Source of the DNA: Alphaproteobacteria bacterium
GTDB lineage: Bacteria > Pseudomonadota > Alphaproteobacteria > Bin95
Assembly: GCA_963665325.3 (NCBI GenBank)
Contig: OZ224045.1
Coordinates: forward strand, 2,272,001-2,336,000
Direction: 5' to 3'
Length of the DNA: 64,000 bases
Below, in pieces: positions 10,464 through 20,942 of this stretch. Numbering within the stretch: the stretch's first letter is position 1; every line of letters starts with the position of its first letter. A program made the translations under genes and the position numbers. The notes beneath the pieces were generated by a model. The model saw only the letters and a program-made list of their open reading frames with translations. It did not search any database and was not told the DNA's origin.

Positions 10464-11674
10464 CCACACCTGTCGACAGCTTCTCCCGCGATGCGCGGGT
10501 CATCGGCCTCGTGGCCGCCGGGCACACGATGAGCCACATGTTCGTGTTCATGCTCCTGCCGCTTTCGGTCCGTATGCACGACGAGCTCGGGTTCAGCTAT
10601 CTGGATATCGGCATTCTGGCAGGCGCCTTCTCGGTGGGCGCGGCAATCTGCCAGACCGGCATCGGGTTCGTCGTGGACCGCATCGGCGGCCGTGCGCCGC
10701 TCATCCTGGGGGTCGCCGTGCTGTCCGGGGCTGTCATGGGGTTCGGGCTGGTCTCTTCCTTCTGGGCCATGCTGCCGCTCGCGGTCTTGGGCGGCATCGC
10801 CAATTCCGTCTTCCACCCCGCCGACTACGCCATCCTCTCGGCCTCCGTCGCCGAGCACCGCATGGGACGTGCCTTCTCCATCCACGCAGTCGCCGGCAAT
10901 ACCGGCTGGATCCTGGCCTTGCTCGGTCCCGACCTCGCAGACATCGTTGGCCTGAAGAACGTCTTCCTCATCGCAGGCGGCATCGGCGTCGCCGTGTCCT
11001 TCGCTCTCCTGCTCCAGTCCCGCCATCTGGAAAGCGCCGACGGCGAGGTGCAGCGGCGCGAGCAGGGCGGCTCGACCTCGGACGGGATCGCGCTGCTGCT
11101 GACCGTGCCGGTCGTGCTGCTGTTCCTGTTCCAGATGTTCCATTCCATGTCGCTTGGCGGCATACGCACCTTCGGCATCCCGGCGCTGCACGACTTGCGC
11201 GGCTTCGAGGACACGGTCCTCGCGAAGGCGCTGATCGCCTATATGGTGGCGGCCTCGGTCGGCAATCTCGCGGGCGGCTGGCTGGTGGACCGCACCGGAC
11301 GACCGCAGCTCGTATTTTTCGGTGCCATCGGCACGGTCTTCCTCACGGTCAACGTCATCGGCGCTGTCCCGCTGCCGCTCTACGGCATTGTGGCTCTGCT
11401 TCTGGTCGCCGGGGTCATGCACGGCGCGATCATGCCGACTCGCGACCTGCTGGTGCGCCGTATCTCGCCGCCGGGGCAGATGGGCAAGGTGTTCGGCTTC
11501 ACCTCCACCGGGCTGTCCATAGGAGGCTTCATGACTCCGGTCTTGTTCGGGTGGGTGATGGATATGGGCGACCCGCGCTGGGTGTTCTTCGGCAGCGCGG
11601 CGGTCATGCTGCTCGCTGTCGCCACCTTCGTCGAAACCAGCCGCAATGCGGGCAGAGCAAGGGTAACGGCATGA
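10460..11674 (+). CDS. MFS transporter
   Basis: About 12 hydrophobic segments, GFVVDRIGGR and GGWLVDRTGR motif A, NSVFHPADYAILS. Confidence 0.88.
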   Translation: MTTPVDSFSRDARVIGLVAAGHTMSHMFVFMLLPLSVRMHDELGFSYLDIGILAGAFSVGAAICQTGIGFVVDRIGGRAPLILGVAVLSGAVMGFGLVSSFWAMLPLAVLGGIANSVFHPADYAILSASVAEHRMGRAFSIHAVAGNTGWILALLGPDLADIVGLKNVFLIAGGIGVAVSFALLLQSRHLESADGEVQRREQGGSTSDGIALLLTVPVVLLFLFQMFHSMSLGGIRTFGIPALHDLRGFEDTVLAKALIAYMVAASVGNLAGGWLVDRTGRPQLVFFGAIGTVFLTVNVIGAVPLPLYGIVALLLVAGVMHGAIMPTRDLLVRRISPPGQMGKVFGFTSTGLSIGGFMTPVLFGWVMDMGDPRWVFFGSAAVMLLAVATFVETSRNAGRARVTA

Positions 11675-12546
11675 AACAGCTTCCGTCAGGCGACGATCTT
11701 TTCCTGGATCATGTCGGCTATTTCCTCACCGACCTCGAAGGGGCGGCGACGCGATTCGAGCGGCTGGGCTTCACCGTGTCGCCGATCAACATCCACTACA
11801 ACAGCGCCGACGGCGAGCTGGTGCGCTCGGGTACCGCCAACCGGCTCATCACCTTCGAGGCGGGCTATATCGAGGCGCTCGGCCAGGTCACCGATACGCC
11901 GCTCGGCGCGGAACTTGCCTCGGGCGTGGCGCGCTATGAAGGACTGCACCTGATCGCGCTCGCGCATGGACGGGTCGCGGAGCACAATGTCGGCGGCACG
12001 GCGATGCGCCCGACGGTCTTTCTGCGCCGCCCGCTGGAGGACGGACGCATCGTGCGGGCCACCGTGCGCCGGGCGACGGCCGGGGCGATGCCGGAAGGCC
12101 GCGTGCAGCTCCTGACGCACGAGACGCCAGAGTTGATCTGGCTGCCGGGAATGGACCGCCACGCCAATGCCGCGCGCGCGCTCACCGGCTACCTGCAAAT
12201 GGTCGCCGACCCGGAAGAGGCCGCTGAGCGCTACGCCCGCTTCGCGGGCCGCCCTGCCCGCAAGCTGGGGCCGGTGTTCGAGATCGCGCTCGACCGGGGA
12301 TGCTTCGCGCTCGCCGGCCCAGATGCGCTCGGCGCGCTATTGCCGGATACGACGCACCCGCCACCGCCCTTCGGCGCCGCAGTCGGCATAGAAAGCGCCG
12401 ATCTGGATCGCACGCGCTTCCTCCTCGCAAACGCGGGCATCACCATCCATGGGCGGCCGGACCGCCTGTTGGTCCCGCCGCAGGAGGGGCTGGGCGCCTG
12501 GATCGACTTCCACCGCCCCGGCGCCCCACCGCTGTGGGCTGCATGA
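11671..12546 (+). CDS. VOC / glyoxalase-like family protein
   Basis: LDHVG..., RLGFTVSP, GTANRLI...GYIE and HANAARAL. Start ATG 11671 overlaps the MFS stop. Confidence 0.75.
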   Translation: MKQLPSGDDLFLDHVGYFLTDLEGAATRFERLGFTVSPINIHYNSADGELVRSGTANRLITFEAGYIEALGQVTDTPLGAELASGVARYEGLHLIALAHGRVAEHNVGGTAMRPTVFLRRPLEDGRIVRATVRRATAGAMPEGRVQLLTHETPELIWLPGMDRHANAARALTGYLQMVADPEEAAERYARFAGRPARKLGPVFEIALDRGCFALAGPDALGALLPDTTHPPPPFGAAVGIESADLDRTRFLLANAGITIHGRPDRLLVPPQEGLGAWIDFHRPGAPPLWAA

Positions 12547-13141
12547 CCGGTCCAATGGCCGCAGGAGCATTCGTTCGCTAGTTATGAAAATTTTCTGATT
12601 TTAGACTTGACCTCACTGGACCTGTAGTGCCAGTGTGTTCATCCCGCTCCGCATGTCCGTCACACGCGTCGCAAGCCAGACCCGCGCCCCGCTCGGCACC
12701 GGGATCGTCGCCGCTCCAGAGCCCCCCAGAACACGCGACTGCGTGGCCGCGTCCACATCCCGGTCGACTTTCACGCGCGAGCCGTCCGCCAGGGTAATTT
12801 AGATCCGCCCGGAGGCAGACGGTTCGATATCCGGCGGCGCCGGCAGCAGCTTCACCGGCGACGCCCTTTCCGTTGAAGAGACAACCACCGGGGCGAAGCC
12901 GCCCAACACGCGCACTCTCCCCGATCCCCGACAAAAGCCACAGGAGGCCTACCTCGGAGACTTACGGCGAAGACGCAGATCGTGTCCCGGGGAGAGGGTA
13001 ACCACCCGGTGAAGGCCGCAGGCTATACGGCCTCCATCGGATGCTCGCCCCGAATTTGCCATCGGCACCGCTTTGCCGGTATCTATCGGGCAAATCGGCG
13101 ATTGGGAAAAACCTGAGGTCAGTACAGGCGGGAAGGGCGCG

Positions 13142-15217
13142 ATGCCGCAGAACACTGTAGCCCCCGATGCTTTGGCCTCCCCGACAGCGGATGTAGCAAG
13201 GACGACAGAGCCTTCCTTCCGGAACGCCCTGCCCCATTTCCTGCCGCTCGCGATCTTTCCGCTGATTTTTCTGGCCCTGCTCCACGGCGGCTGGTGGATC
13301 GTCGCCCCCTTCGTCTTCTTCATGCTCGCGGGGCCGCTGGACATTGCATTCGGCGACGACGAACGGAACATGGACCCCTTCAAGACGCCTGAGAAGCGCT
13401 TGTTCTGGCACAATCTGCCGGTCTGGTTCTGGGCCTTCCTCTGGCCGCCGATTCTCGTGTTCGGGCTCTGGCAGATCCTCGTCGCCGGCCAATTCTCGCT
13501 CTGGGAGTGCATTTTGCTGGCGGTCGTGCTGACGGGCGAGGCGCAGGCTGTCTTCATCGTCGGCCACGAATTGATCCACCGGCGCTCGACATGGGAGCGC
13601 CGCCTCGGCGAGTTCCTGCTCGCGTCCGCCTCCTATCCGCAATACGCCACGGAGCACATCTATATCCATCACGCCATGGTCGGAACGCCGATGGATGTTG
13701 GGTCCGCACCCAAGGGCATGAGTTTCTGGCGTTATTTCCCGAGGGAAGTAGCGAGCAACCTGACGGGCTCGTGGCGCGTTGCCCGCGAGCGGCTGGCGCG
13801 CCGCGGACTGCCGGCCTGGCACTATGACAACCAGTTCTGGCGCTACGGTCTGGAGACCTTGTTCTGGTATGGGCTGGTGTTCTGGATGGGCGGCCCGTGG
13901 GCGGTTCTGGCTTACGCCGTGCTCTGCCTCGGCACCGTTTTCTCAATGAAAATCAGCAACTACATGCAGCATTACGGGTTGCGCCGGGTCCGCCGGCCCA
14001 ACGGGCGGTTCGAGAAAGTCCAGCCCCGGCATTCGTGGAATGCCAACTACAAGTTCGGCAACTGGATGTTCTACAACATGCAGCGGCATCCCGATCACCA
14101 TGCAGCGGCCAGCCGGCAGTATCCGCTGCTGCAGCAGCGCGGCGCCGATGAGTCGCCACAGCTTCCCGGCAGCTATGCCCAGATGTTCAACCTAGCTGTG
14201 CGTCCGCGGCGCTGGTTCGAGAAGATGGACCCGCTCGTCGACGAATGGCGGGCGCAGTTCTATCCCGATATCGACGACTGGAGCGCCTATGACAGCCCGG
14301 TCTCGGCGGCGCGCCCGGAAGCGTTCGACGCGATTGTCGAGATTTTCGGCGCTGCGCCGCGCCTCGCCGCATGGATCGAACGCAACCCGGAGCTGCTGGA
14401 CAGTCTGAAGGATCGGGAGTTCACCGATCTCGACCTGCCGAAAGGCTTCGGACCCGACTCCCGATCCGAGGCGGTTGCGCGGCGCGGTCTGACGCGCCTC
14501 TACTGGACGCGCGAGTTCGGCGCCGCCGAAATGAAGGAGCGGCTTGCCGAAATCCCCGCCCAGGACGCCGCCGACACTGCGGAGACCGTGCGCAACTGGT
14601 CGAACGACAAGGCCTTCCAGGTCGGAATGCACATCTTGCGGGGCAACCTGTCTCCGGCCGAAGCGGGCGTTGCGCTGTCCAGCCTTGCCGAAGCCTCGAT
14701 CTCGACGGTGCTTGCCGCGGTCGCAGATGAGTTCGCCGACCGGCGCAGCCGGGACGGCGATAGCGGCGTCGCAGCGGTCCTGGTCGGCGATTTGGCGAGC
14801 GGGGAAGCGGCGCCCGGCGCGTGTATCGATATCCTGTTCGTTTACGATGGCGGCCGCCCGGCCGACCATGAGACGTTATGCGGACGTTTCAATGCGGCGC
14901 TGGCGGGGCTTTCGAACGACAGCCTGCTTTTTGCGGCGCCGCCGCACGACTGGCAAGGGGGCGTTGCGCTACCGCTTTGCGACCTGGAGGACTATTGCGG
15001 GCAGGCCATCTCTTCCAGCGAAGGGTCGGACCTAGACCGGGTTCGTTGCATATTCGAGACTGGTGAAATCGGGCTCGGCGTCCGCGTTCGGGACATCCAT
15101 AGCCGTGTTCTGGCCGAATGCGGCGCGGAGGCTGTGCAAAGCGTCGGTTTGCGAATTCCGGCTCAATCATTCGGCAGGCCCACGCCGCAAATTGGAAGGC
15201 GCGCTGGGCCGCGGTGA
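13142..15217 (+). CDS. alkB: AlkB-like membrane di-iron alkane monooxygenase/desaturase fused to a degenerate GlnE-like nucleotidyltransferase region
   Basis: His boxes GHELIH, EHIYIHH, NYMQHYG and QRHPDHH, plus PQLPGSY. The C-terminal ~300 aa resemble GlnE (APRLAAWIERNPELLDSL; GDLASGE...IDILFVYD). Confidence 0.7.
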   Translation: MPQNTVAPDALASPTADVARTTEPSFRNALPHFLPLAIFPLIFLALLHGGWWIVAPFVFFMLAGPLDIAFGDDERNMDPFKTPEKRLFWHNLPVWFWAFLWPPILVFGLWQILVAGQFSLWECILLAVVLTGEAQAVFIVGHELIHRRSTWERRLGEFLLASASYPQYATEHIYIHHAMVGTPMDVGSAPKGMSFWRYFPREVASNLTGSWRVARERLARRGLPAWHYDNQFWRYGLETLFWYGLVFWMGGPWAVLAYAVLCLGTVFSMKISNYMQHYGLRRVRRPNGRFEKVQPRHSWNANYKFGNWMFYNMQRHPDHHAAASRQYPLLQQRGADESPQLPGSYAQMFNLAVRPRRWFEKMDPLVDEWRAQFYPDIDDWSAYDSPVSAARPEAFDAIVEIFGAAPRLAAWIERNPELLDSLKDREFTDLDLPKGFGPDSRSEAVARRGLTRLYWTREFGAAEMKERLAEIPAQDAADTAETVRNWSNDKAFQVGMHILRGNLSPAEAGVALSSLAEASISTVLAAVADEFADRRSRDGDSGVAAVLVGDLASGEAAPGACIDILFVYDGGRPADHETLCGRFNAALAGLSNDSLLFAAPPHDWQGGVALPLCDLEDYCGQAISSSEGSDLDRVRCIFETGEIGLGVRVRDIHSRVLAECGAEAVQSVGLRIPAQSFGRPTPQIGRRAGPR

Positions 15218-15301
15218 TGCGGGCAGCACCCGATCTGTCCGTTCACCAGCGCTTCGTCGCCAGGTTCCCCCGCGCTGTTATGGACCCCGGTTCTGAAATG
15301 A

Positions 15302-15412
15302 GCCATGACGGCGGCGGTTGCGTTCGAGACCCGTCTTGAGGCCTCACGCCACGATGCCGCCAACGACAATGCCGAACACCGCATCGGCCTCACCCTGACC
15401 GCGCGATGGTGA
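15302..15412 (+). pseudogene. Orphan 3' end of a type-B autotransporter barrel (...AVAFETRLEASRHDAANDNAEHRIGLTLTARW*)
   Basis: Near-identical to the 3' end of gene 48440..53263. Confidence 0.8.
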
Positions 15413-15590
15413 CCTGCCGGCGGCCATAGCGGTTGTCGCGGGCGGCGCGGATCGCTGGCCGGGTCGCCGGAACGAAGCGTCCATTCGCCCGAGCAATCTC
15501 GCCCGCACGAGCAAAATCCCTTTACCAGCCCGAATTCGACAAATTTTCCCCCCCATTTCCTCCCGTTTGGGAGGCTCACTGATATTCAAA
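15413..15590 (+). repeat. Conserved intergenic leader, copy 1 (partial)
   Basis: GGCCATAGCGGTTGTCGCGGGCGGCGCGGA...GGAACGAAGCG...CGACAAATT...CCTCCCGTTTGGGAGG, shared with copies at 26448, 30040, 48201 and 53617. Confidence 0.85.
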
Positions 15591-15649
15591 AATTACATAA
15601 ATTGCGCCCCGACAACAAGAGTTGTCGCGAGGCAAATGGGGGCTTCGAG

Positions 15650-18595
15650 ATGGGGATTTCCTGGTTCGGCCTGCGTTCTCTCGCAGCCGTGCTGCTGCTC
15701 GTTTACGCCGCGCTGGTCGCGGCGCCGACGCCTGTCCGAGCGCAGAACACCTGCCCCGAGCCCGACGACATCTGGTGCGCCACCCTGACGGTGGCGGAAC
15801 TGGAAGTTGGTTCACTTACGTTTGGGTTTGGATACAACATAAATATAGGAGGGGCATTGTCGCACGACGAGTTCAGGTATGAAGGCACGGACTATACGGT
15901 TGCCCTCGTAAATATCACGCGTTTTGTAAATCCCTCTCTGCAAATTCAGTTTGCCCCAACCGGCGAGACGGTTTTCGGCACGGATGGCCTCCTTCTCTAC
16001 GTCGACGGGACGCCGTTCGCGTTTGACGACGCGGAATTTACAAGCAATCAGTTCATATGGGGCAATTCCGGCCTGAGCTGGGCCGTCGGCGCCACCGTCG
16101 AGGTCAGGCTGACCAAGGCGCCCGAGCCCGGCGGATCCCTCCAGGGTCAGCCGCAGATCGTGTTCGCCGCGAACTCGGGCTCGTCGGAGCCGGCGGCGCG
16201 TTGTCTCGGCGCTCCCTATGAGTTCAGGCGTTGGGCAAACCGGCCGGGAGGGATACCCGGGACGACGTGGACCCTGGACGTCGTGGAGCCGTCGGGCGGG
16301 TTTCGCAACGGAGCCAGCTTCACCGCGGACGACTTCGAAATCTCCGACGGCCAGGTCAAGACCATAGCGGAGGTGAACTATCCGAATCAGGAAAACACCT
16401 CGAACGTTCAGCCATTCGAGATGGTCATCACCGCTGTGGGCGAAGGTGTAACCAGGAGCCGTACGGTACGGGTGTACATCCTCAAGTCGGATCGCACGGA
16501 TCATTCCTCGCTCAACGTCTGCGGCCAGGCCGCGGGGGAGGGGGCCAAACGACCGCGATTGTCGGTGGCGGACGCTGAGGCGTATGAGGGTATCGACTCA
16601 CATTTGAAATTCCGGCTGCGCCTCAACAGGCCGGCACCCGTGCCGATAAGCGTGGCCTACTGGACGTACCAAGGCACGGCGACCCGTGGGACTGACTACA
16701 ACGAGGTCCCCAAGAAGACAGTGACCTTCGAGGTGGACGAGCAGTTCAAGGAGGTCCTCGTGGCGATCCTCGCTGACGACGAGGCAGACGACGGCGAGAC
16801 GGTGATTCTCGAACTGGCCGAACTGAGTGAGAATGCGAACTATGGCCGGTCCCGTGCCACAGGCACCATTCGCGATGCGCCGACCGGTCCGTCGACACTC
16901 TACGTGAGAAATACCAGAGCGGAAGAATTCGACGAGAAAATGGAATTCGTTGTCAGCTTGTACCCGCCATCGAATGGGGTAGTCACGGTGAATTATACTA
17001 CCGCCGACGGCACCGCCGAAGCAGGCTTCGACTACACGACCAGATCGGGCACGTTGACTTTCGGAGTGGGCGAGACGCACAAGACAATTACTGTGCCGAT
17101 CACAGACGATACACTCGAAGAATCCGACCCCTTCGAGTTTTTCTTTTTGAACCTGACCGATCCGAGTGGCGCCACATTTGAGCGCGGCGTTACTTCCTGG
17201 ACAGCCAATGGCATCATTGAAAATCATGAAACCGAAGAGAACTCCTCCGCTGTCTCGTCCGAAATCGCGGACGAACCGCTGACGGCGGAATTCACCGGCG
17301 TGCCGGACGAGCATGACGGCTCAAGCGCGTTCACCTTCCGGATCGCCTTCAGCGAGGACATCCGCAATAGCTACCGCAGGGTCCGCGACGACCTGCTTGC
17401 GGCCACCGGCGGAACGGTCACCGGCGCACGCCGCGTGGACGGGCGACGCGACCTGTGGGAGATCGAGGTAGATCCGTCCGGCAGCGACGGCGTGACGGTG
17501 ACGCTTGCCGCGGGGGACAGTTGCGCGACGGCGCCCTGCACAAGCGACGGCCGAACGCTTTCGCAGGCAATCACGGCCACCATCGAGGGCCCGCCCCTTC
17601 CCGGGCTCTCGGTGGCGGATGCGCAGGTCGAGGAAGGCCCGGGCGCGAAGCTCGGCTTTGCAATCACGCTCGATCGTGCGGTCGCGTGGACGGTGACGGT
17701 GCAGGCGGCGACGTCGGACGGGACAGCCGTCGCAGGCGAGGACTATCGGGCGAAGACCCTGACCAAGACCTTCGCCCCGGGCGAGACGAGGAAGGTTGCG
17801 GTGATACGGGTGCTCGAGGACGGCCATGACGACGACGGCGAGACGCTGACGCTGACGCTGTCGAACCCGTCGGGGGCCTTTATCTCCGACGGCACGGCGA
17901 CGGGGACCATCACGAACTCGGATCCGCTCCAGAAGATGTGGCTCGCGCGGTTCGGGCGCACGGTGGCCCTCCAGACCGTCAAGGCTCTGGAGGGGCGCTT
18001 CGCCATCGGGTCGGACGCCTCGCCGCGCATGACGATGACGGTGGCAGGCCAGAGCATGGACCTCTCGCGGATCGGCGACGACAAGGCGCTGGCGGAGACG
18101 ATAACGGGGCTTGCGCAGGCGTTCGGCGCGCCGGGTGCGCCGGCGGCGAACGACAACGATCCGTTTGCGCGGCACGGCTTCGGCGAGGCCGGCAACGGGG
18201 CCGTCGCCTCGGCGCCGGCGCAGCCGGTTACGGGGCGCGATCTTCTGCTCGGGAGTTCGTTCCACTTCACGACCGGCGAGGCGTCGGGCCTGGGGGGCGC
18301 GATGACCGGCTGGGGCAAGGTGCTGTCGGGCGGGTCGAGCAGTTCGTTTGGCGGCGGGCTGTCGTTTACGAGCGAGACGGCGACCGGCGTGCTCGGCATG
18401 GACTGGGAGCGGGACAGGCTCCTGGTCGGAGTGGCGCTGTCGCGGAGTGTCGAGAAGGGCAGCGCGGCGTTCGATCGGACGGGTCTGCAATATGACATCG
18501 AGGGCTCGCTCTCGATGGTGACGCCCTATATGCGCGTGCGCGCCGGCGAGCGGCTGTCGTTCTGGAGCGCGGTCGGTTCGGGCAGCGGCTCCATG
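15650..18595 (+). pseudogene. Large secreted Calx-beta-domain autotransporter-like protein 1, 5' part (interrupted by transposon)
   Basis: Signal peptide (..PVRAQ), three Calx-beta-like repeats (LSVADA.., TADGTAEAGFDY) and the start of a type-A barrel. The frame stops at the transposon's TGA and resumes at 25059. Confidence 0.85.
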
Positions 18596-18872
18596 TGAGT
18601 GTGCTCTCGGTATCTGATGGCGGGATGGTCACGTTGTTCGATGGTTTTCAGGCGTCGGGCCGGGCGTGACGGCGGGGGTGTCGGACGGCCGTCGGCGCGT
18701 CAAGCCGCTTCGCGGCTCCTGCGCTGCGCTCCGGCCCTTCGGGTGACCCGCCGCCGTCCCTCCGACGGAGTGCATCCATGGCCGTAAGCAAGCTTCCGGC
18801 CACGGGCCGGCCGCTTTACGCAGTGTGACAATGGGAGCGGTGTTACCCGTTACCGTTACCCTCTCTCCCTAG

Positions 18873-20942
18873 CCCAAGTTTAACAGAGCATTTTGAAGAT
18901 CATTGATTATCAATGCCTTACGGAGCAATAATTTCGCGTCTGGCACTACATTTCGGTTATTTCGCCCGGTTCGGGATCAGACGATCATTTTCCTGATGCC
19001 TCCAGGGGCGGGGTCGATGCCGAGCGCGCGATAGATTTCTTGCTGTTCGGGCTCGGCCCGTGTGGCCTTGCGGACATGCAAGGTGCGTCCGTCCTTGCGC
19101 CTGAAGGTCGCGGTGACCCGCTGCTGGCCTTCGAGGATGGCTCGCAGGCTGGCCCAGCTGGCGTGTTCGCCGTGCTCGGCGAGGCGCCGGCGGATGGTCT
19201 GCACCATCTGGTAGGCGATCACGGTGATGAACAGGTGGCCGTCGGAGCGCCTCTGGGTCTGGTGGAAGATGGGGCGCAGGCCGAGTTCCGACTTGAGCGA
19301 TCGGAACACCGCCTCCACATCGGTGAGCGAGGTATAGGTCCGCCACAGCGCCTCCTCGTCCCAGTCCTCGACGTTGGTGCGCAGGCAGTAAACGCCGGGA
19401 TGGGTGGCCATGGTGCCGGCGAGCGGGCGGCGCTCCCATGTGACGGCCCGGGCCTTCTCGCCGCTTTCGTCGGCGATGACGTCGATGTCGTAGTGGGCCG
19501 CGGCGCCGCGGCTCTTCTCCCTGATCCGGCCGATCCGCTGCCAGACATGGTCGAGCCGCTTGCGGGTGCGCGGCCGCTTGAGGCCGTCGTGGAGCTTCTG
19601 CATCTCGCCCTCGAAGCGCGCGGCGAAGCGGTTTGCGATGCCCTGTTCCTTCTTCGCCCGCGCCTCGGAGTAGCAGTAGAGCCGCGCCTCTCCAGCTTCG
19701 GCGTCGACCGCCTTGTGGACATGGACCGTCTGGCGCGACCGGGTCTCGATGGCCAGCGCCAGCTCGGGATCGAAGCGGCGGGTGCGTTCCCGGCTGACCG
19801 CGAGATAGCGGTAGCCGTTCGCGCGCAGCCAGGCGATGTTGGCCTCGGTGGCGATCCCCGCATCCATCACCACCAGCGCGTCCGCCGGCGCGCCCAGGGC
19901 GCCGAGCATCGACGCCAGGGTCCTGTCTTCGTTGACCGCGCCCGAGAACACCTCGGAGCGGCGCACGAAGCCCGAGCCGTCGAGCACCAGCCCCAGGGTC
20001 AAGAGCGGGCAATCCGAGCGCTTCTCCTTGGAATGGCCGCGTTCGGCCTTGGCCTGGGCCGCCGCCGCGCCCTCGAAGAAGGTGTTGGTCAGGTCGTACA
20101 GCGTCACCGTGTGGCGCAGGCCGAACAGATCCGTCGCCCGATCGAACAGATGCGCCTCGATCGCCGCGCGCTGCGCCATCAGGGCGTCGGAGGCGCGGTA
20201 CAGGCGCATCATGCTCATGCGCTCGAAGTCCACCCCCAGCAACTCGCCGAGCGCCGAACGCTCGCACAGCCAGCGCCAGGAGGCGCGCTCCGAGCCCGGC
20301 GCCGCCATGCGCGCGATCACGGTGGCCATGGCGAGCGCGCGCTGCGTGCCGTTGAAGCCCAGGCGCTCCAGCAAAGCCTCCAGGCCGAGCCGCTCCATGG
20401 CCCACAGCCCGACATGCTCGACGCCGACCGAACGCGGGCGGATCAGCTCCAGGGAGCCGACATCCACCGTCTGCAGGTCAGGGCGCCCGGTCCCGCCGGA
20501 CGGCGCGCTGTTGAGCAATTGCGCGGCGATGCGCTGGGCGTGCCGCTCGACCTCCTCCGGACAGGACAGCGAAACCAGCTCGGCCTGGCGGTCGAGCTGC
20601 TGCTGGATCCGGCTGCACAGCACCGCCCAGTGCCGCCGCTCGACAGGGAAGTCGCTCCCCAGGTTGAGCAGGGTGCGCTGGCGGATCTTCCCGCCGTCGC
20701 GCTCCGAGCGAACAAGGCGATGGGAATAATAGACCTCGCCGCGCTCGCCGGTTCCGGTCCTGGTGCGGCGAATGAACATGGCGCACAGCATAGGAGCGGG
20801 CGCAAGGTCTCGAAATCCCCAAGTGAAAATATTATGGCACTACATTGCGCCCCCGGAAACCTCAATCCAGCAATATCAATGGCTTGATGACACCGCGCCG
20901 GCCAACCTCGACAAAATCGGCCACCAAAACGTTAAACTTGGG
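18873..20942 (-). mobile_element. IS1634-family insertion sequence
   Basis: 12-bp TIR CCCAAGTTTAAC/GTTAAACTTGGG. CTAG is duplicated at 18869-18872 and 20943-20946. The IS is absent from transposon copy 2 (60515). Confidence 0.92.
18977..20779 (-). CDS. IS1634-family DDE transposase
   Basis: MFIRRT...RLVRSER...KIRQRTLLNLG, LYDLTNTFFEG, GHSKEKRSDCP, VVMDAGI and VEAVFRSLKSELGLRPIFHQ. Confidence 0.92.
   Translation of the reverse strand: MFIRRTRTGTGERGEVYYSHRLVRSERDGGKIRQRTLLNLGSDFPVERRHWAVLCSRIQQQLDRQAELVSLSCPEEVERHAQRIAAQLLNSAPSGGTGRPDLQTVDVGSLELIRPRSVGVEHVGLWAMERLGLEALLERLGFNGTQRALAMATVIARMAAPGSERASWRWLCERSALGELLGVDFERMSMMRLYRASDALMAQRAAIEAHLFDRATDLFGLRHTVTLYDLTNTFFEGAAAAQAKAERGHSKEKRSDCPLLTLGLVLDGSGFVRRSEVFSGAVNEDRTLASMLGALGAPADALVVMDAGIATEANIAWLRANGYRYLAVSRERTRRFDPELALAIETRSRQTVHVHKAVDAEAGEARLYCYSEARAKKEQGIANRFAARFEGEMQKLHDGLKRPRTRKRLDHVWQRIGRIREKSRGAAAHYDIDVIADESGEKARAVTWERRPLAGTMATHPGVYCLRTNVEDWDEEALWRTYTSLTDVEAVFRSLKSELGLRPIFHQTQRRSDGHLFITVIAYQMVQTIRRRLAEHGEHASWASLRAILEGQQRVTATFRRKDGRTLHVRKATRAEPEQQEIYRALGIDPAPGGIRKMIV

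Noticed and set aside
18599-18787. 62-aa ORF at the transposon end (also 60245..60433)
   Set aside because: It lies in the terminal non-coding region with no motif, and is duplicated only because the element is.
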